Made by a program: the position numbers and the translations under genes | Source: Burkholderiales bacterium RIFCSPHIGHO2_12_FULL_63_20 | GTDB lineage: Bacteria; Pseudomonadota; Gammaproteobacteria; Burkholderiales; Burkholderiaceae_C | Assembly (NCBI GenBank): GCA_001770775.1 | Contig: MESA01000021.1 | Coordinates: 17,852 to 81,851 of the forward strand | Direction of reading: 5' to 3' | Length of the DNA stretch: 64,000 nt | In this document: positions 29,173 to 38,342 of the stretch, piece by piece | How the letters are laid out: each line of letters begins with the position of its first letter | Numbering within the stretch: the stretch's first letter is position 1 | The notes under the pieces: model-generated | What the model saw: the letters and a program-made list of their open reading frames with translations, nothing else | Told to the model about the DNA's origin: nothing | Databases searched by the model: none

Positions 29173-29868
29173 TCAGACCTCCAGCCACTCCTTGCGGACG
29201 TACTGATCGGCACGCAGCTCATCGGGCGTGCCGTGGAAGACCACCTCGCCGTGACCCATCACGTAGCAGCGCTGCGAGATGTCCAGGGCGATGGTGAGCT
29301 TTTGCTCCACCAGCAACACGGCCAGGCCGCGTTTTTGCAGCTCTTTCAGGTACTCCCCCACCAGCTCCACGATCTTCGGCGCCAGACCTTCGGTCGGCTC
29401 GTCGATCATGATCAGGTCCGGGTCGCCCATCAGCGTGCGGCACAGGGTCAGCATCTGCTGCTCACCGCCCGACATCACACCCGCCTCGGTATGCTGGCGC
29501 TCCTTCAGACGCGGGAACATCTGGTACATGTCGTCCAAGCTCCAGCGTCCGGGCTTCTTGCCGCCTTTCTGCCCCAGCAACAGGTTCTGCTCCACGGTCA
29601 GCTTGGGGAACACGTCGCGGCTCTCGGGCACATAGCCCAGGCCGTGGCGAGCGATGTCATAGGTCTTGTGGCCCAGTAGTTCCTGGTCGTTCCACTTCAC
29701 CGAGCCTTGTGCGTCCACCAGGCCCATGATGGCCTTGATGGTGGTGGAGCGCCCGGAGCCATTGCGGCCCAGCAGGCTGACGATCTCGCCGGGTTTGACC
29801 TCCATGTCCACGCCATGAAGAATGTGGCTCTTGCCGTAAAACGCGTGCAGTTTTTGGATGCTCAGCAT
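29173..29868 (-). CDS. livF: HAAT (Liv-type) ABC transporter ATPase, LivF-like
   Basis: GRNGSGRST Walker A variant, GYVPESR, MSGGEQQML and DEPTEGLAP. Confidence 0.9.
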   Translation of the reverse strand: MLSIQKLHAFYGKSHILHGVDMEVKPGEIVSLLGRNGSGRSTTIKAIMGLVDAQGSVKWNDQELLGHKTYDIARHGLGYVPESRDVFPKLTVEQNLLLGQKGGKKPGRWSLDDMYQMFPRLKERQHTEAGVMSGGEQQMLTLCRTLMGDPDLIMIDEPTEGLAPKIVELVGEYLKELQKRGLAVLLVEQKLTIALDISQRCYVMGHGEVVFHGTPDELRADQYVRKEWLEV

Positions 29869-29870
29869 GC

Positions 29871-30671
29871 TCAGACTCCTGCCTCGGCGGCTTGGTTCTG
29901 GGCCAGAACCGAGCCCAGATAGGCCTCTTTGACCCGGTCGTTCGACCGCACGTTCTCGGGCGTGTCAAAGGCGATCACCTCGCCATACACCAACACCGCG
30001 ATGCGGTCGGCCAGGCCAAACACCACGCCCATATCGTGCTCCACCGTCAACAGTGTCTTGCCCTCGGTCACTTCGCGAATCATGCGCACGAAGTTGGCCG
30101 TCTCCGACTTGCTCATGCCGGCCGTGGGTTCGTCCAGCAGGATCACGTCACCGCCTCCCGCAATGGTCACGCCCACTTCCAGCGCGCGCTGCTCCGCGTA
30201 GGTGAGCGACGTGACATGCACATCACGCTTGCGGCGCAGGCGGATCTTGTCCAGCACCTCCTCGGCGCGCTGGTTGACCGCGTCGAGCTTGGAGAGGAAA
30301 CGCCAGAAGGCATAGCGCTCGCCCATTGACCACAACACGGCGCAGCGGATGTTTTCGAACACGCTCAACCGCGGAAACAGGTTGGACACCTGAAAGCTGC
30401 GGGCCAGGCCGAGGCGGTTGATCTCGTAGGGCTTCATTCCGTGAATGGGCTTGCCATTCAGCAAGATCTCGCCACTGGTGATGGGCAGGCGCCCGCTGAT
30501 CAGGTTGAACAGCGTGGACTTGCCCGCGCCATTGGGCCCGATCAGGGCGACGCGCTCGCCGGCCTTGATGGCCAGCTCGGTCCCGCGGATGATTTCGGTC
30601 TTGCCAAAAGACTTGCGCACGCTGCGCAGCTCCAGCGCCAGACCTTGTGCAGATGCTTTGTGCTCGCTCAT
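29871..30671 (-). CDS. livG: HAAT ABC transporter ATPase, LivG-like
   Basis: GPNGAGKST, GLARSFQ, LTYAEQRALE, LLDEPTAGM and VEHDM. Confidence 0.9.
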   Translation of the reverse strand: MSEHKASAQGLALELRSVRKSFGKTEIIRGTELAIKAGERVALIGPNGAGKSTLFNLISGRLPITSGEILLNGKPIHGMKPYEINRLGLARSFQVSNLFPRLSVFENIRCAVLWSMGERYAFWRFLSKLDAVNQRAEEVLDKIRLRRKRDVHVTSLTYAEQRALEVGVTIAGGGDVILLDEPTAGMSKSETANFVRMIREVTEGKTLLTVEHDMGVVFGLADRIAVLVYGEVIAFDTPENVRSNDRVKEAYLGSVLAQNQAAEAGV

Positions 30672-30681
30672 GGTTGGCCTC

Positions 30682-31974
30682 TCAATGCAATTGCTGGCGG
30701 AGGTTCTCCGCTTCGATGTCTTCCTGGATCTGCCCCCACTGGTGCACGAACTGACGTCGCACCAACTCGAACAGGCCCACGCCGGTGATCAGCAGGAAGG
30801 TCGCGCCCACCCAGGCATCCACCCCATGGGTGTTGATCGTCGCCCCCATGAAGGTCATCTCCGGCCCCATGGCCTCGTTGAGCTTGATGTGATAAATCAT
30901 CTCCACGATCACCCCGACCGCCGCCAGCACCACCAACAGGGCACCGCCGAGGGCCAAGTAAGAGGTCCAGAGCCGGCGCAGCATGCCGTAGGCGGCCAGG
31001 CGCAGGTTCATCATGATCAAGCCCGAGACGCCGCCCGGCGCATACATCACCATCACCAGGAAGAAGATGCCCAGGTAGAGCAGCCAGGCCTTGGTCATCT
31101 CCGACAGCAAGACCGTGGCCAGCACCATCATCACGGCACCGATGATCGGCCCGAAAAAGAACAGTGCGCCGCCCAGGAAGGTGAACAGCAGGTAGGCCCC
31201 GGAGCGGTGCGCCCCCACGACCTCGGCCGTCACGATCTCGAAGTTGATGGTGTAGAGCCCCCCAGCGATGCCAGCGAAAAAGCCCGCGATCATGAAAGCG
31301 AAGTAGCGCACGCGCTGGGTGTCATAGCCAATGAACTCGACCCGCTCGGGGTTGTCACGCACGGCATTGAGCATGCGCCCCAGCGGCGTGTGCGTGAAGG
31401 CAAACATCAGCACCGTGCACACAAAGGTGTAGACCGCGATCAGGTAGTACACCTCGGTCTCGGGGCCGAAGGTGATGCCCAGGAAGGGCTCGCCCACCAC
31501 TCGGTTGCTGGCGATACCGCCCTCGCCGCCAAAGAACTCCGGCAGCATCAGGGACATCGAGAACACCAACTCACCAATGCCCAGGGTGATCATGGCGAAG
31601 ATCGTGCCCGACTTCTTGGTGGTCAACGCCCCCAGCAAGGCGGCGACCAGCAAGCCTGCCAGCCCGCCCACCAGAGGCAGCAGGCTGATCGGCACGCTCC
31701 AGGCGCCATCGGCCACCTTGTTGAGCACATGGATCGCAGCAAACGATCCCAGGCCTGAATACACCGCGTGGCCGAAGCTCAGCATGCCGCCCTGCCCCAG
31801 CAACATGTTGTAGGACAGGCAGGCAATGATGGCGATGCCCATCTGCGTGAGCATGGTCATCGACAGGCTGCTGGTGAACACCTTGGGCGCCACCAGCAAG
31901 ACCAGGGCGAACAGGGTCCACAGCACGATGCGGCCGACGTTGACGGGGCGGAATGTGTACATCTTGTCAGTCAT
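30682..31974 (-). CDS. livM: HAAT ABC transporter permease, LivM-like
   Basis: LLGQGGMLSFGHA, FAMITL, TPLGRMLNAVRDNPER and FFGPIIGA. Confidence 0.9.
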   Translation of the reverse strand: MTDKMYTFRPVNVGRIVLWTLFALVLLVAPKVFTSSLSMTMLTQMGIAIIACLSYNMLLGQGGMLSFGHAVYSGLGSFAAIHVLNKVADGAWSVPISLLPLVGGLAGLLVAALLGALTTKKSGTIFAMITLGIGELVFSMSLMLPEFFGGEGGIASNRVVGEPFLGITFGPETEVYYLIAVYTFVCTVLMFAFTHTPLGRMLNAVRDNPERVEFIGYDTQRVRYFAFMIAGFFAGIAGGLYTINFEIVTAEVVGAHRSGAYLLFTFLGGALFFFGPIIGAVMMVLATVLLSEMTKAWLLYLGIFFLVMVMYAPGGVSGLIMMNLRLAAYGMLRRLWTSYLALGGALLVVLAAVGVIVEMIYHIKLNEAMGPEMTFMGATINTHGVDAWVGATFLLITGVGLFELVRRQFVHQWGQIQEDIEAENLRQQLH

Positions 31975-31981
31975 GGTCGGT

Positions 31982-33004
31982 TTACTCCTCGCGGGTGCCC
32001 AGCAGGCCCTTGGGTCGGAAGATGAGGATCAGCACCAACAGGAGGTAGGGCAGGATCGGTGCCATCTGCGACACCGAGATCTTCAAGATGGGATAAGCCC
32101 AGTGACCGTACTCCACCGGGCTGCCCAGTTGCGCCATCACGGTCAGCGGCGACACGTCGATCACCACCGCAAAGGTCTGGATCAGGCCGATGAGGATGGA
32201 GGCAAGGAAGGCCCCCGCCAGCGAGCCCATGCCACCCACGACCACCACCACAAAGATGATGGCCCCGACCGATGCGGCCATGTTCGGCTCGGTCACGAAG
32301 GCATTGCCGCCGATGACCCCGGCCAGACCCGCGAGCGCACAGCCACCGCCGAACACCCCCATCATCACGCGTGGCACGTTGTGTCCCAGGGACTGCGTCA
32401 TCTCGGGGTGCGTGAGCGCCGCCTGGATGATCAGACCGATGCGGGTACGGGTCAGCAGCAACCACAAGGCCACCAGCATTGCCAGGGCGACCAGCGCCAT
32501 GAAGCCGCGATACAGCGGGAACTGGGTGCAGGAGTTGCCCACAGCCGCACAGATGGCCGCATCTCCTGCGCCCGCAAACCAGCTCAACCCCTGCCCTTGA
32601 ACGTTGGCCAGGGTGAACAAGGAGCCACTGAGCGCCTCCGGCACGCGGTAGTCCACGTTGGCCGGCCCCCAGATCAGGCGAACCACCTCCAGCACCACAT
32701 ACGACAGGCCAAAGGTGATCAGCAACTCGGGCACATGCCCGTAGGGGTGCACCTTGCGCACACAGTAGCGCTCAAACGCCGCGCCCAACGCGCCCACCAG
32801 CAGTGGGGCAGCGATCAAAGCGGGAAAGAAGCCAATGCTGCCCGTGAGCGCATAGGCGAAGTAAGCACCCAGCATGTAAAAGCTGGTGTGCGCAAAGTTC
32901 AGCACGCCCATCATGCTGAAAATGAGCGTCAGACCAGAGCTGAGCATGAACAGCAGCAGCCCATAGCTGAGCCCGTTGAGGGCAAAGACAAAAAACGTTT
33001 CCAT
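31982..33004 (-). CDS. livH: HAAT ABC transporter permease, LivH-like
   Basis: SSGLTLIFSMMGVLNFAH, TRIGLIIQA and VVVVVGGMGSLAGA. Confidence 0.9.
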   Translation of the reverse strand: METFFVFALNGLSYGLLLFMLSSGLTLIFSMMGVLNFAHTSFYMLGAYFAYALTGSIGFFPALIAAPLLVGALGAAFERYCVRKVHPYGHVPELLITFGLSYVVLEVVRLIWGPANVDYRVPEALSGSLFTLANVQGQGLSWFAGAGDAAICAAVGNSCTQFPLYRGFMALVALAMLVALWLLLTRTRIGLIIQAALTHPEMTQSLGHNVPRVMMGVFGGGCALAGLAGVIGGNAFVTEPNMAASVGAIIFVVVVVGGMGSLAGAFLASILIGLIQTFAVVIDVSPLTVMAQLGSPVEYGHWAYPILKISVSQMAPILPYLLLVLILIFRPKGLLGTREE

Positions 33005-33057
33005 GACAGGCCCGCAGGTGTCGTCTCGCCGGCATGCGCCGGCACCACGATCAGGTC

Positions 33058-33100
33058 AAAAAAAGGGCATGCGGAACGCCAATGCGCCCCCCGCATGCCC
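33058..33100 (-). terminator. Terminator/stabilising hairpin between livK and livH
   Basis: AGGGCATGCGG/CCGCATGCCCT stem, extended by G.U pairs on the minus strand and followed by a T-run, 10 nt after the livK stop. Confidence 0.8.
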
Positions 33101-33109
33101 TCGGCGTCA

Positions 33110-34345
33110 TCAGGACGGACGCTTCATCTGGCAGGACGTCGGCGTGCTGGACACGTACGCGTCAAACTGCTTGACCGGCACGAAGGTCATGCCGGTGCCT
33201 TCCACGTTGTACGAGTTCTTCGCATCCACGGGCGCCCACTGAGCCAGGAACAGAGGCTGCTGCATCTGGTGGTCGGTCTTGCGCATCTCGACGTCGCCAT
33301 TGAAAGTCTTGAACTTCAGGCCTTCCATCGCGTAGGCCACCTTGACCGGGTCCGTCGACTTGGCCTTCGCCATGGCGATGCTCAGCATCTGCAGACCCGA
33401 GTAGGTGGCGGCAGAGTAGTAGTCGTCATTGAAGCGCTTCTTGAACTCGGCCACCAACTGCCCGTTCAAGCCACCGAGGTTGTAGTGACCATAGCCAATC
33501 TGGTACACGCGGCCGTTGGCCACCTTGCCCAGTGCCGTGGGCGTGCCGCCAAAGTTGGCGTAGTAGGTGTAGAACTTGGCGGTCAGGCCGGCGTCGTTGG
33601 CAGCCTTCACCAGCAGCGCCAGGTCAGAGCCCCAGTTGCCCGTGATGATGGTGTCAGCACCGGAAGCCTTGATCTTGGCCACGTACGGTGCGAAGTCACG
33701 CACCTGCGCCAGCGGGTGCAGGTCGTCGCCCACCACCTGAATGTCCGGGCGCTTGCGCTTGAGGTTTTCCTTCGCGAACTTGGCGACCTGGTGACCGTGC
33801 GCATAGTTCTGGTTGATCAGGTAGACCTTCTGAACGTCCTTCTGGTCCTTGATGTAAGTGGTCATGGCCTCCATCTTCATAGAGGTGTCCGCGTCCAGAC
33901 GGAAGTGCCAGAAGCTGCACTTGCTGTTGGTCAGGTCAGGGTCCACCGCGGCGTAGTTCAGGAAAACGATTTCCTTGCCGGGGTTACGCTGGTTGTGCTT
34001 GTTGATGCCGTCAATCAGGGCCGTGGCCGCGCCAGAACCCAGACCCTGCACCACGTAGCGCACACCCTGGTCAGCCGCTGATTTCAGCGCGTTCAGGGTC
34101 TCGGCGGGGCTCAGCTTGTTGTCGATGCTGAGAATCTCGAACTTCACGCCGGCCGGGTTGCTGGCGTTGAGCTTTTCTGCCACGAACTGGTAGCTCTTGA
34201 GCTGGTTCTGACCCACGCTGGCCATCAGGCCGGAGAGCGGATCAATCCAGGCCACCTTGACGGTTTCACCCTTTTGGGCGAAGGCCGCACCGGCGCTCAA
34301 AGAGGCCGCCACCATCATGCTCACTGCTCGTACAGGGAATCGCAT
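33110..34345 (-). CDS. livK: HAAT ABC transporter periplasmic binding protein, LivK-like
   Basis: Signal peptide ...AGAAFAQ, IDPLSG, DFAPYVAKIK and ITGNWG; AAGGAG RBS; heads the permease/ATPase genes. Confidence 0.88.
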   Translation of the reverse strand: MRFPVRAVSMMVAASLSAGAAFAQKGETVKVAWIDPLSGLMASVGQNQLKSYQFVAEKLNASNPAGVKFEILSIDNKLSPAETLNALKSAADQGVRYVVQGLGSGAATALIDGINKHNQRNPGKEIVFLNYAAVDPDLTNSKCSFWHFRLDADTSMKMEAMTTYIKDQKDVQKVYLINQNYAHGHQVAKFAKENLKRKRPDIQVVGDDLHPLAQVRDFAPYVAKIKASGADTIITGNWGSDLALLVKAANDAGLTAKFYTYYANFGGTPTALGKVANGRVYQIGYGHYNLGGLNGQLVAEFKKRFNDDYYSAATYSGLQMLSIAMAKAKSTDPVKVAYAMEGLKFKTFNGDVEMRKTDHQMQQPLFLAQWAPVDAKNSYNVEGTGMTFVPVKQFDAYVSSTPTSCQMKRPS

Positions 34346-34466
34346 TGCTTGCTCCTTATGTGGATCAGAAATCGTCGCGTTCCCAATCTATCCCCCATGT
34401 TCACGGGGGTCAGTCAGAGCTTTCCCGTAATGCGTGAACCTGCGTCTCGCACAGTGGTACGGGAAC

Positions 34467-34492
34467 AAAAAAGGACACCCGAAGGTGTCCTT
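34467..34492 (-). terminator. Intrinsic terminator after the acyl-CoA ligase gene
   Basis: Minus strand AAGGACACC-TTCG-GGTGTCCTT then TTTT, with a cUUCGg tetraloop. Confidence 0.9.
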
Positions 34493-34527
34493 GTTTACCC
34501 TTGCGTCGCGTGTGACGCAGCGCTGTC

Positions 34528-36159
34528 TCAGGCCGTTGGCAGCTTGTGATCTCGGAACTGCTCGCGCAGCTTGAGTTTGTACAGCTTGCCCGTGGCCGTG
34601 TGCGGCAGCTCGTCGACAAACACGACATCGTCGGGCGTCTGCCAGTTGGGGATCTTGCCCTTGAAGAAGGCCAGCAGCTCCTCTTTCGTGACCTCGGCGT
34701 CGGGCTTCTTGACGACCACCATCAGCGGACGCTCATCCCACTTCGGGTGATGCGCCGCGATCGCCGCCGCCTCCTGAACGGCCGGGTGCGCCATCAGCAC
34801 GTTCTCCAGCTCGATGGAGCTGATCCACTCGCCCCCCGACTTGATCACATCCTTGGAGCGGTCGGTGATCTGCATGTAGCCATCGGGGTCAATGGTGGCG
34901 ACGTCACCCGTAGGGAACCAGCCATCGTGCAGCGGCGACTTCTCGACATTGAAGTAACTGTCAATCACCCAGTGGCCGCGCACCTCCAGGTCGCCCGTGG
35001 CCACACCGTTCCAGGGCTGCACATTGCCCTCGGCATCGACAATGCGCATGTCGACGCCGAACACCGACTTGCCCTGCTTTTCCAGGATCTTCTGCTTGGC
35101 CTCGGGCGCCAGCTTGGCGTGCTTGGACTTGAGACGCCCCAGCGTGCCCACCGGCGACAGCTCGGTCATGCCCCAGGCGTGCACCACCTCGACGTTGTAG
35201 TCGTTCTCGAACGTGCGGATCATGGACGGCGGGCAAGCCGCGCCACCGATCACCGTGGTCTTGAAGGTACTGAACTTGAGGTTGTTGGCCTTGACGTGGT
35301 TCAGCAGGCCCATCCAGATGGTGGGCACCCCGGCGCTCATGGTCACACCTTCGGCCTCGAAGAGCTGGTAGAGCGAGGCGCCATCAAGGTGATGGCCAGG
35401 CAGCACGAACTTGCAGCCCACCAGCGCCGCGGCATACGGCGTGCCCCAGGCGTTGACGTGGAACATCGGCACCACCGGCAAGACCACATCGGTGCCCTTG
35501 AGGCACATGGCGTCGGGCAGGGCCACGGCAAACGCATGCAACACCGAGGAGCGGTGCGAGTAGATCGCACCCTTGGGGTTGCCGGTCGTGCCCGAGGTGT
35601 AGCAAATGCTGGCCGCGGCGTTTTCGTCGAACGAAGGCCAGGTGTAGTTCCCGTCCTCGGCGTCGATCAGGTCTTCGTAGCACAGCAGGCTGGGCAGCGA
35701 ATGCTCGCGCGGCATGTTGTCGCGGTCGCACATCAGCACCACATGCTTGACCGAGGGCAGCGAAGGCACCAGCTTTTCGACCAGCGGCAGGATGTTGAGG
35801 TCGACAAAGATGACCTTGTCCTGCGCGTCGTTGACGATCCAGGCAACCTGCTGAGGGAACAGGCGGGGGTTGATCGTGTGGCACACCAGCTCCGACCCCG
35901 ACACACCGTAGTAAATCTCCAGGTGGCGGTAGCCGTTCCAGGCCAGGGTACCGATGCGGTCACCCGCCTCGCAACCCAGACGGGCCAGCGCCTGCGCCAG
36001 CTTGCGAGAGCGCAGCTCCACCTCAGCCCAATTCGTTCGGTGGATGTCGCCCTCAACACGCTTGGACACCACTTCGATATCCCCGTTGTGACGTGCTGCA
36101 TGGGTCAGCAGCGACGAAATCAACAAGGGCATTTGCATCATTTGGCCCATCAGGCTCAT
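34528..36159 (-). CDS. Medium/long-chain fatty acyl-CoA ligase (AlkK/DmdB-like subfamily)
   Basis: [34 protein letters not shown] and [29 protein letters not shown]. Confidence 0.93.
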   Translation of the reverse strand: MSLMGQMMQMPLLISSLLTHAARHNGDIEVVSKRVEGDIHRTNWAEVELRSRKLAQALARLGCEAGDRIGTLAWNGYRHLEIYYGVSGSELVCHTINPRLFPQQVAWIVNDAQDKVIFVDLNILPLVEKLVPSLPSVKHVVLMCDRDNMPREHSLPSLLCYEDLIDAEDGNYTWPSFDENAAASICYTSGTTGNPKGAIYSHRSSVLHAFAVALPDAMCLKGTDVVLPVVPMFHVNAWGTPYAAALVGCKFVLPGHHLDGASLYQLFEAEGVTMSAGVPTIWMGLLNHVKANNLKFSTFKTTVIGGAACPPSMIRTFENDYNVEVVHAWGMTELSPVGTLGRLKSKHAKLAPEAKQKILEKQGKSVFGVDMRIVDAEGNVQPWNGVATGDLEVRGHWVIDSYFNVEKSPLHDGWFPTGDVATIDPDGYMQITDRSKDVIKSGGEWISSIELENVLMAHPAVQEAAAIAAHHPKWDERPLMVVVKKPDAEVTKEELLAFFKGKIPNWQTPDDVVFVDELPHTATGKLYKLKLREQFRDHKLPTA

Positions 36160-36200
36160 AGGTCGACCTCCGGAAAGACACGCTGGTTAAGCATGGAAGC

Positions 36201-36222
36201 GGCATTTCAATTTGACAATGCC
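36201..36222. promoter_or_regulatory. Inverted repeat upstream of the acyl-CoA ligase gene
   Basis: GGCATTTCAA-T-TTGACAATGCC (10 pairs, one bulge) overlapping a minus-strand TTGTCA-N17-CATGCT promoter-like pair. Confidence 0.45.
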
Positions 36223-36321
36223 ACGTTTCACATCAACCAAAATCATAGACTTCTTTGTCCGGCACTCCGAGCCCCTCGACCCCCGTGAAGACCCTCGAAG
36301 AATGGGGGAATCTGCGTCAAA

Positions 36322-37056
36322 TCAAGGCCAAAACGTGGCGAAATCGGACACTTCGACGCGTTCGGAGAGCAAGCTGTTTTCGATCGCCTCCGGGTCGGCG
36401 TGCCCCAAGGCCATGCCCACGACCACCATCTCGCGCTCGGCATCCAGCCCCAGGTGGTCCGAAATCAGCGCGTGATAGGCGTTGAAGGCCGCTTGCGGGC
36501 AGGTGTCGAGACCCCGGGCCCGCGCCGCCACCATGATGTTCTCCAGGAACATGCCGTAGTCCAGCAAGCTGCCTTTGCCCATGATCCGGTCGATGGTGAA
36601 GATCATGCCCACGGGCGCGTCGAAGAAGCGGAAGTTGCGGCCGTTCTGCTCATGCATGCGCGCCTTGTCACCCTTGGTGATGCCCAGCAGGCTGTACAAG
36701 TCCCAGCCCACCTTGCGACGGCGGTCGACGAAGGGCGAGATCCACTCCTTGGGGTAGTAGTCGTACTCTTCCTGATGCAACCCCACCTGGGCCGGGTCGT
36801 TGTGCGCCGCCATGATGCGCTCGACCAGCGCCTGCAGGCTCGCCCCTGTCAGCACATGCACGCGCCAGGGCTGGGTGTTGGTGCCCGAAGGGGCACGGGC
36901 AGACACGCGCAGGATGTCCTCGATCACGCTGCGCGGCACCTCGGTGGGCAGAAAACGGCGGATAGAGCGGCGCGAGGTGATGGCGAGGTCCACTGCGGCG
37001 GTGCTCTCGGGGGTGATGACATCGGGGGCGCGAGGCACCGAAGCGGGGTTGCTCAT
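36322..37056 (-). CDS. Nitroreductase family protein
   Basis: RRSIRRF, ARAPSGTNTQPW, NFRFFDAP and ARARGLDTCPQAA. Confidence 0.9.
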   Translation of the reverse strand: MSNPASVPRAPDVITPESTAAVDLAITSRRSIRRFLPTEVPRSVIEDILRVSARAPSGTNTQPWRVHVLTGASLQALVERIMAAHNDPAQVGLHQEEYDYYPKEWISPFVDRRRKVGWDLYSLLGITKGDKARMHEQNGRNFRFFDAPVGMIFTIDRIMGKGSLLDYGMFLENIMVAARARGLDTCPQAAFNAYHALISDHLGLDAEREMVVVGMALGHADPEAIENSLLSERVEVSDFATFWP

Positions 37057-37099
37057 GACAGGTCCTGACAACAAAAAGGAAACAAACAATCAAACGGAT

Positions 37100-37546
37100 T
37101 CAAGCGGCGGACACTTGCAAGGCCTTCAAGGCCAGCACAAAGGCTTCGGGCAACTCGGTGGGGCGGCGCGTGACCCGGTCCACATACACATGCACGAAAT
37201 GGCCACTGGCGGCGGACTGCGCCTCGCCTTCCTCGAACAGGCCGATTTCGTAGCGCACACTGCTCTTGCCGATGTGGGCCACGCGGATGCCGGCCTCCAC
37301 ATTGCGTGGAAAGGCCAGCGGGGAAAAATAATTGCAGTGGGTCTCGATCACCAGGCCGATGACCTCGCCCGCGTGGATGTCCAGCACCCCGGCTTCAATC
37401 AGATAGCGGTTCACCGCCGTGTCGAAGTAGCTGTAGTAGGTCACGTTGTTGACGTGGCCATAGATGTCGTTGTCCATCCAGCGCGTGGTGATGGGACTGA
37501 AATGGGCGTAGGCCGCCCGGCTCTGGGGTTGGGGTCTGCTGCTCAT
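37100..37546 (-). CDS. Acyl-CoA thioesterase (4HBT/YbgC family)
   Basis: TRWMDNDIYGHVNNVTYYSYFD, GKSSVRYEIG and GHFVHVYVD. Confidence 0.92.
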   Translation of the reverse strand: MSSRPQPQSRAAYAHFSPITTRWMDNDIYGHVNNVTYYSYFDTAVNRYLIEAGVLDIHAGEVIGLVIETHCNYFSPLAFPRNVEAGIRVAHIGKSSVRYEIGLFEEGEAQSAASGHFVHVYVDRVTRRPTELPEAFVLALKALQVSAA

Positions 37547-37604
37547 GGGAACCATTATTCATGATTCATTCCCTCGTCTGCATCCCACACGCTCCACTGC
37601 CTGA

Positions 37605-37654
37605 TTGACCGCGCGCCAAACCGCCCGCTACATTAATGACCCACCGGTCAGTTA
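37605..37654 (+). promoter_or_regulatory. sigma70 promoter and TetR-type operator of the efflux operon
   Basis: TTGACC-N18-TACATT, immediately followed by the palindrome TAATGACC-CACC-GGTCAGTTA (37634-37654) upstream of the TetR gene. Confidence 0.6.
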
Positions 37655-37670
37655 CTAAAGGTCCATCCGT

Positions 37671-38342
37671 TTGAGCGAGCCCGATCCGTCCTCTTTGACC
37701 AAACCTCGCCAACGGCGCAAGGCCGCACGCCCCCAGGAACTGCTGGAAGCCGGGCTGCGCCTGTTCCTGGGCAAGGGCTTGGCGGCCACCCGCATCGAAG
37801 ACGTGGCGCGCGAGGCCGGCGTCTCCAAAGGCACGCTCTATCTCTACTACCCGAGCAAAGACGAGCTCTTCAAGGCTGTGGTGCGCCACTACCTGACCGA
37901 AGTCATCGTCGAGGCCGGCAACCTCGCCGATGTGCACGATGGCCCGAGCGCCGAGCTGCTGCACCAGCTGGCCAGCACCTGGTGGTTGCGGGTGGGGTCG
38001 TCCGAGGCCTCGGGCCTGGTGGTCCTGCTCATGAACGAGGCCACGGCCTTCCCCGAGCTGGCGCAGTTCTACATGGACGAGGTGCTCGCTCCCACTCATG
38101 CGCTGCTGCGTCGTGTGCTCGAGCGTGGCATGGCCCGGGGTGAATTCCGGGCGCTCGACATCACCTCGGTCGTGTACGGCATGATCGCCCCGGTGCAGTT
38201 CCTGATCCTCCACAAGCGCTGCACTTCGGTGTGCGTCGTCAACCCCCTTCCCCTGGACCCCGCGTGCTTCCTGGGCACCCAGATCGACCTTCTGCTGCAC
38301 GGGCTCGCCATCCCTCAGCCGCCCTCTGAAAAGGCCTCATGA
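37671..38342 (+). CDS. TetR/AcrR family transcriptional regulator
   Basis: GLAATRIEDVAREAGVSKGTLYLYYPSKDELF HTH; TTG start. Confidence 0.93.
   Translation: MSEPDPSSLTKPRQRRKAARPQELLEAGLRLFLGKGLAATRIEDVAREAGVSKGTLYLYYPSKDELFKAVVRHYLTEVIVEAGNLADVHDGPSAELLHQLASTWWLRVGSSEASGLVVLLMNEATAFPELAQFYMDEVLAPTHALLRRVLERGMARGEFRALDITSVVYGMIAPVQFLILHKRCTSVCVVNPLPLDPACFLGTQIDLLLHGLAIPQPPSEKAS

Noticed and set aside
34399-34465. Interleaved inverted repeats GTTCACG/CGTGAAC and TTCCCGTA/TACGGGAA (pseudoknot-like) upstream of livK
   Set aside because: 7-8 bp matches within about 110 nt are near chance expectation, and they probably lie upstream of the livK -10 (TAGATT).
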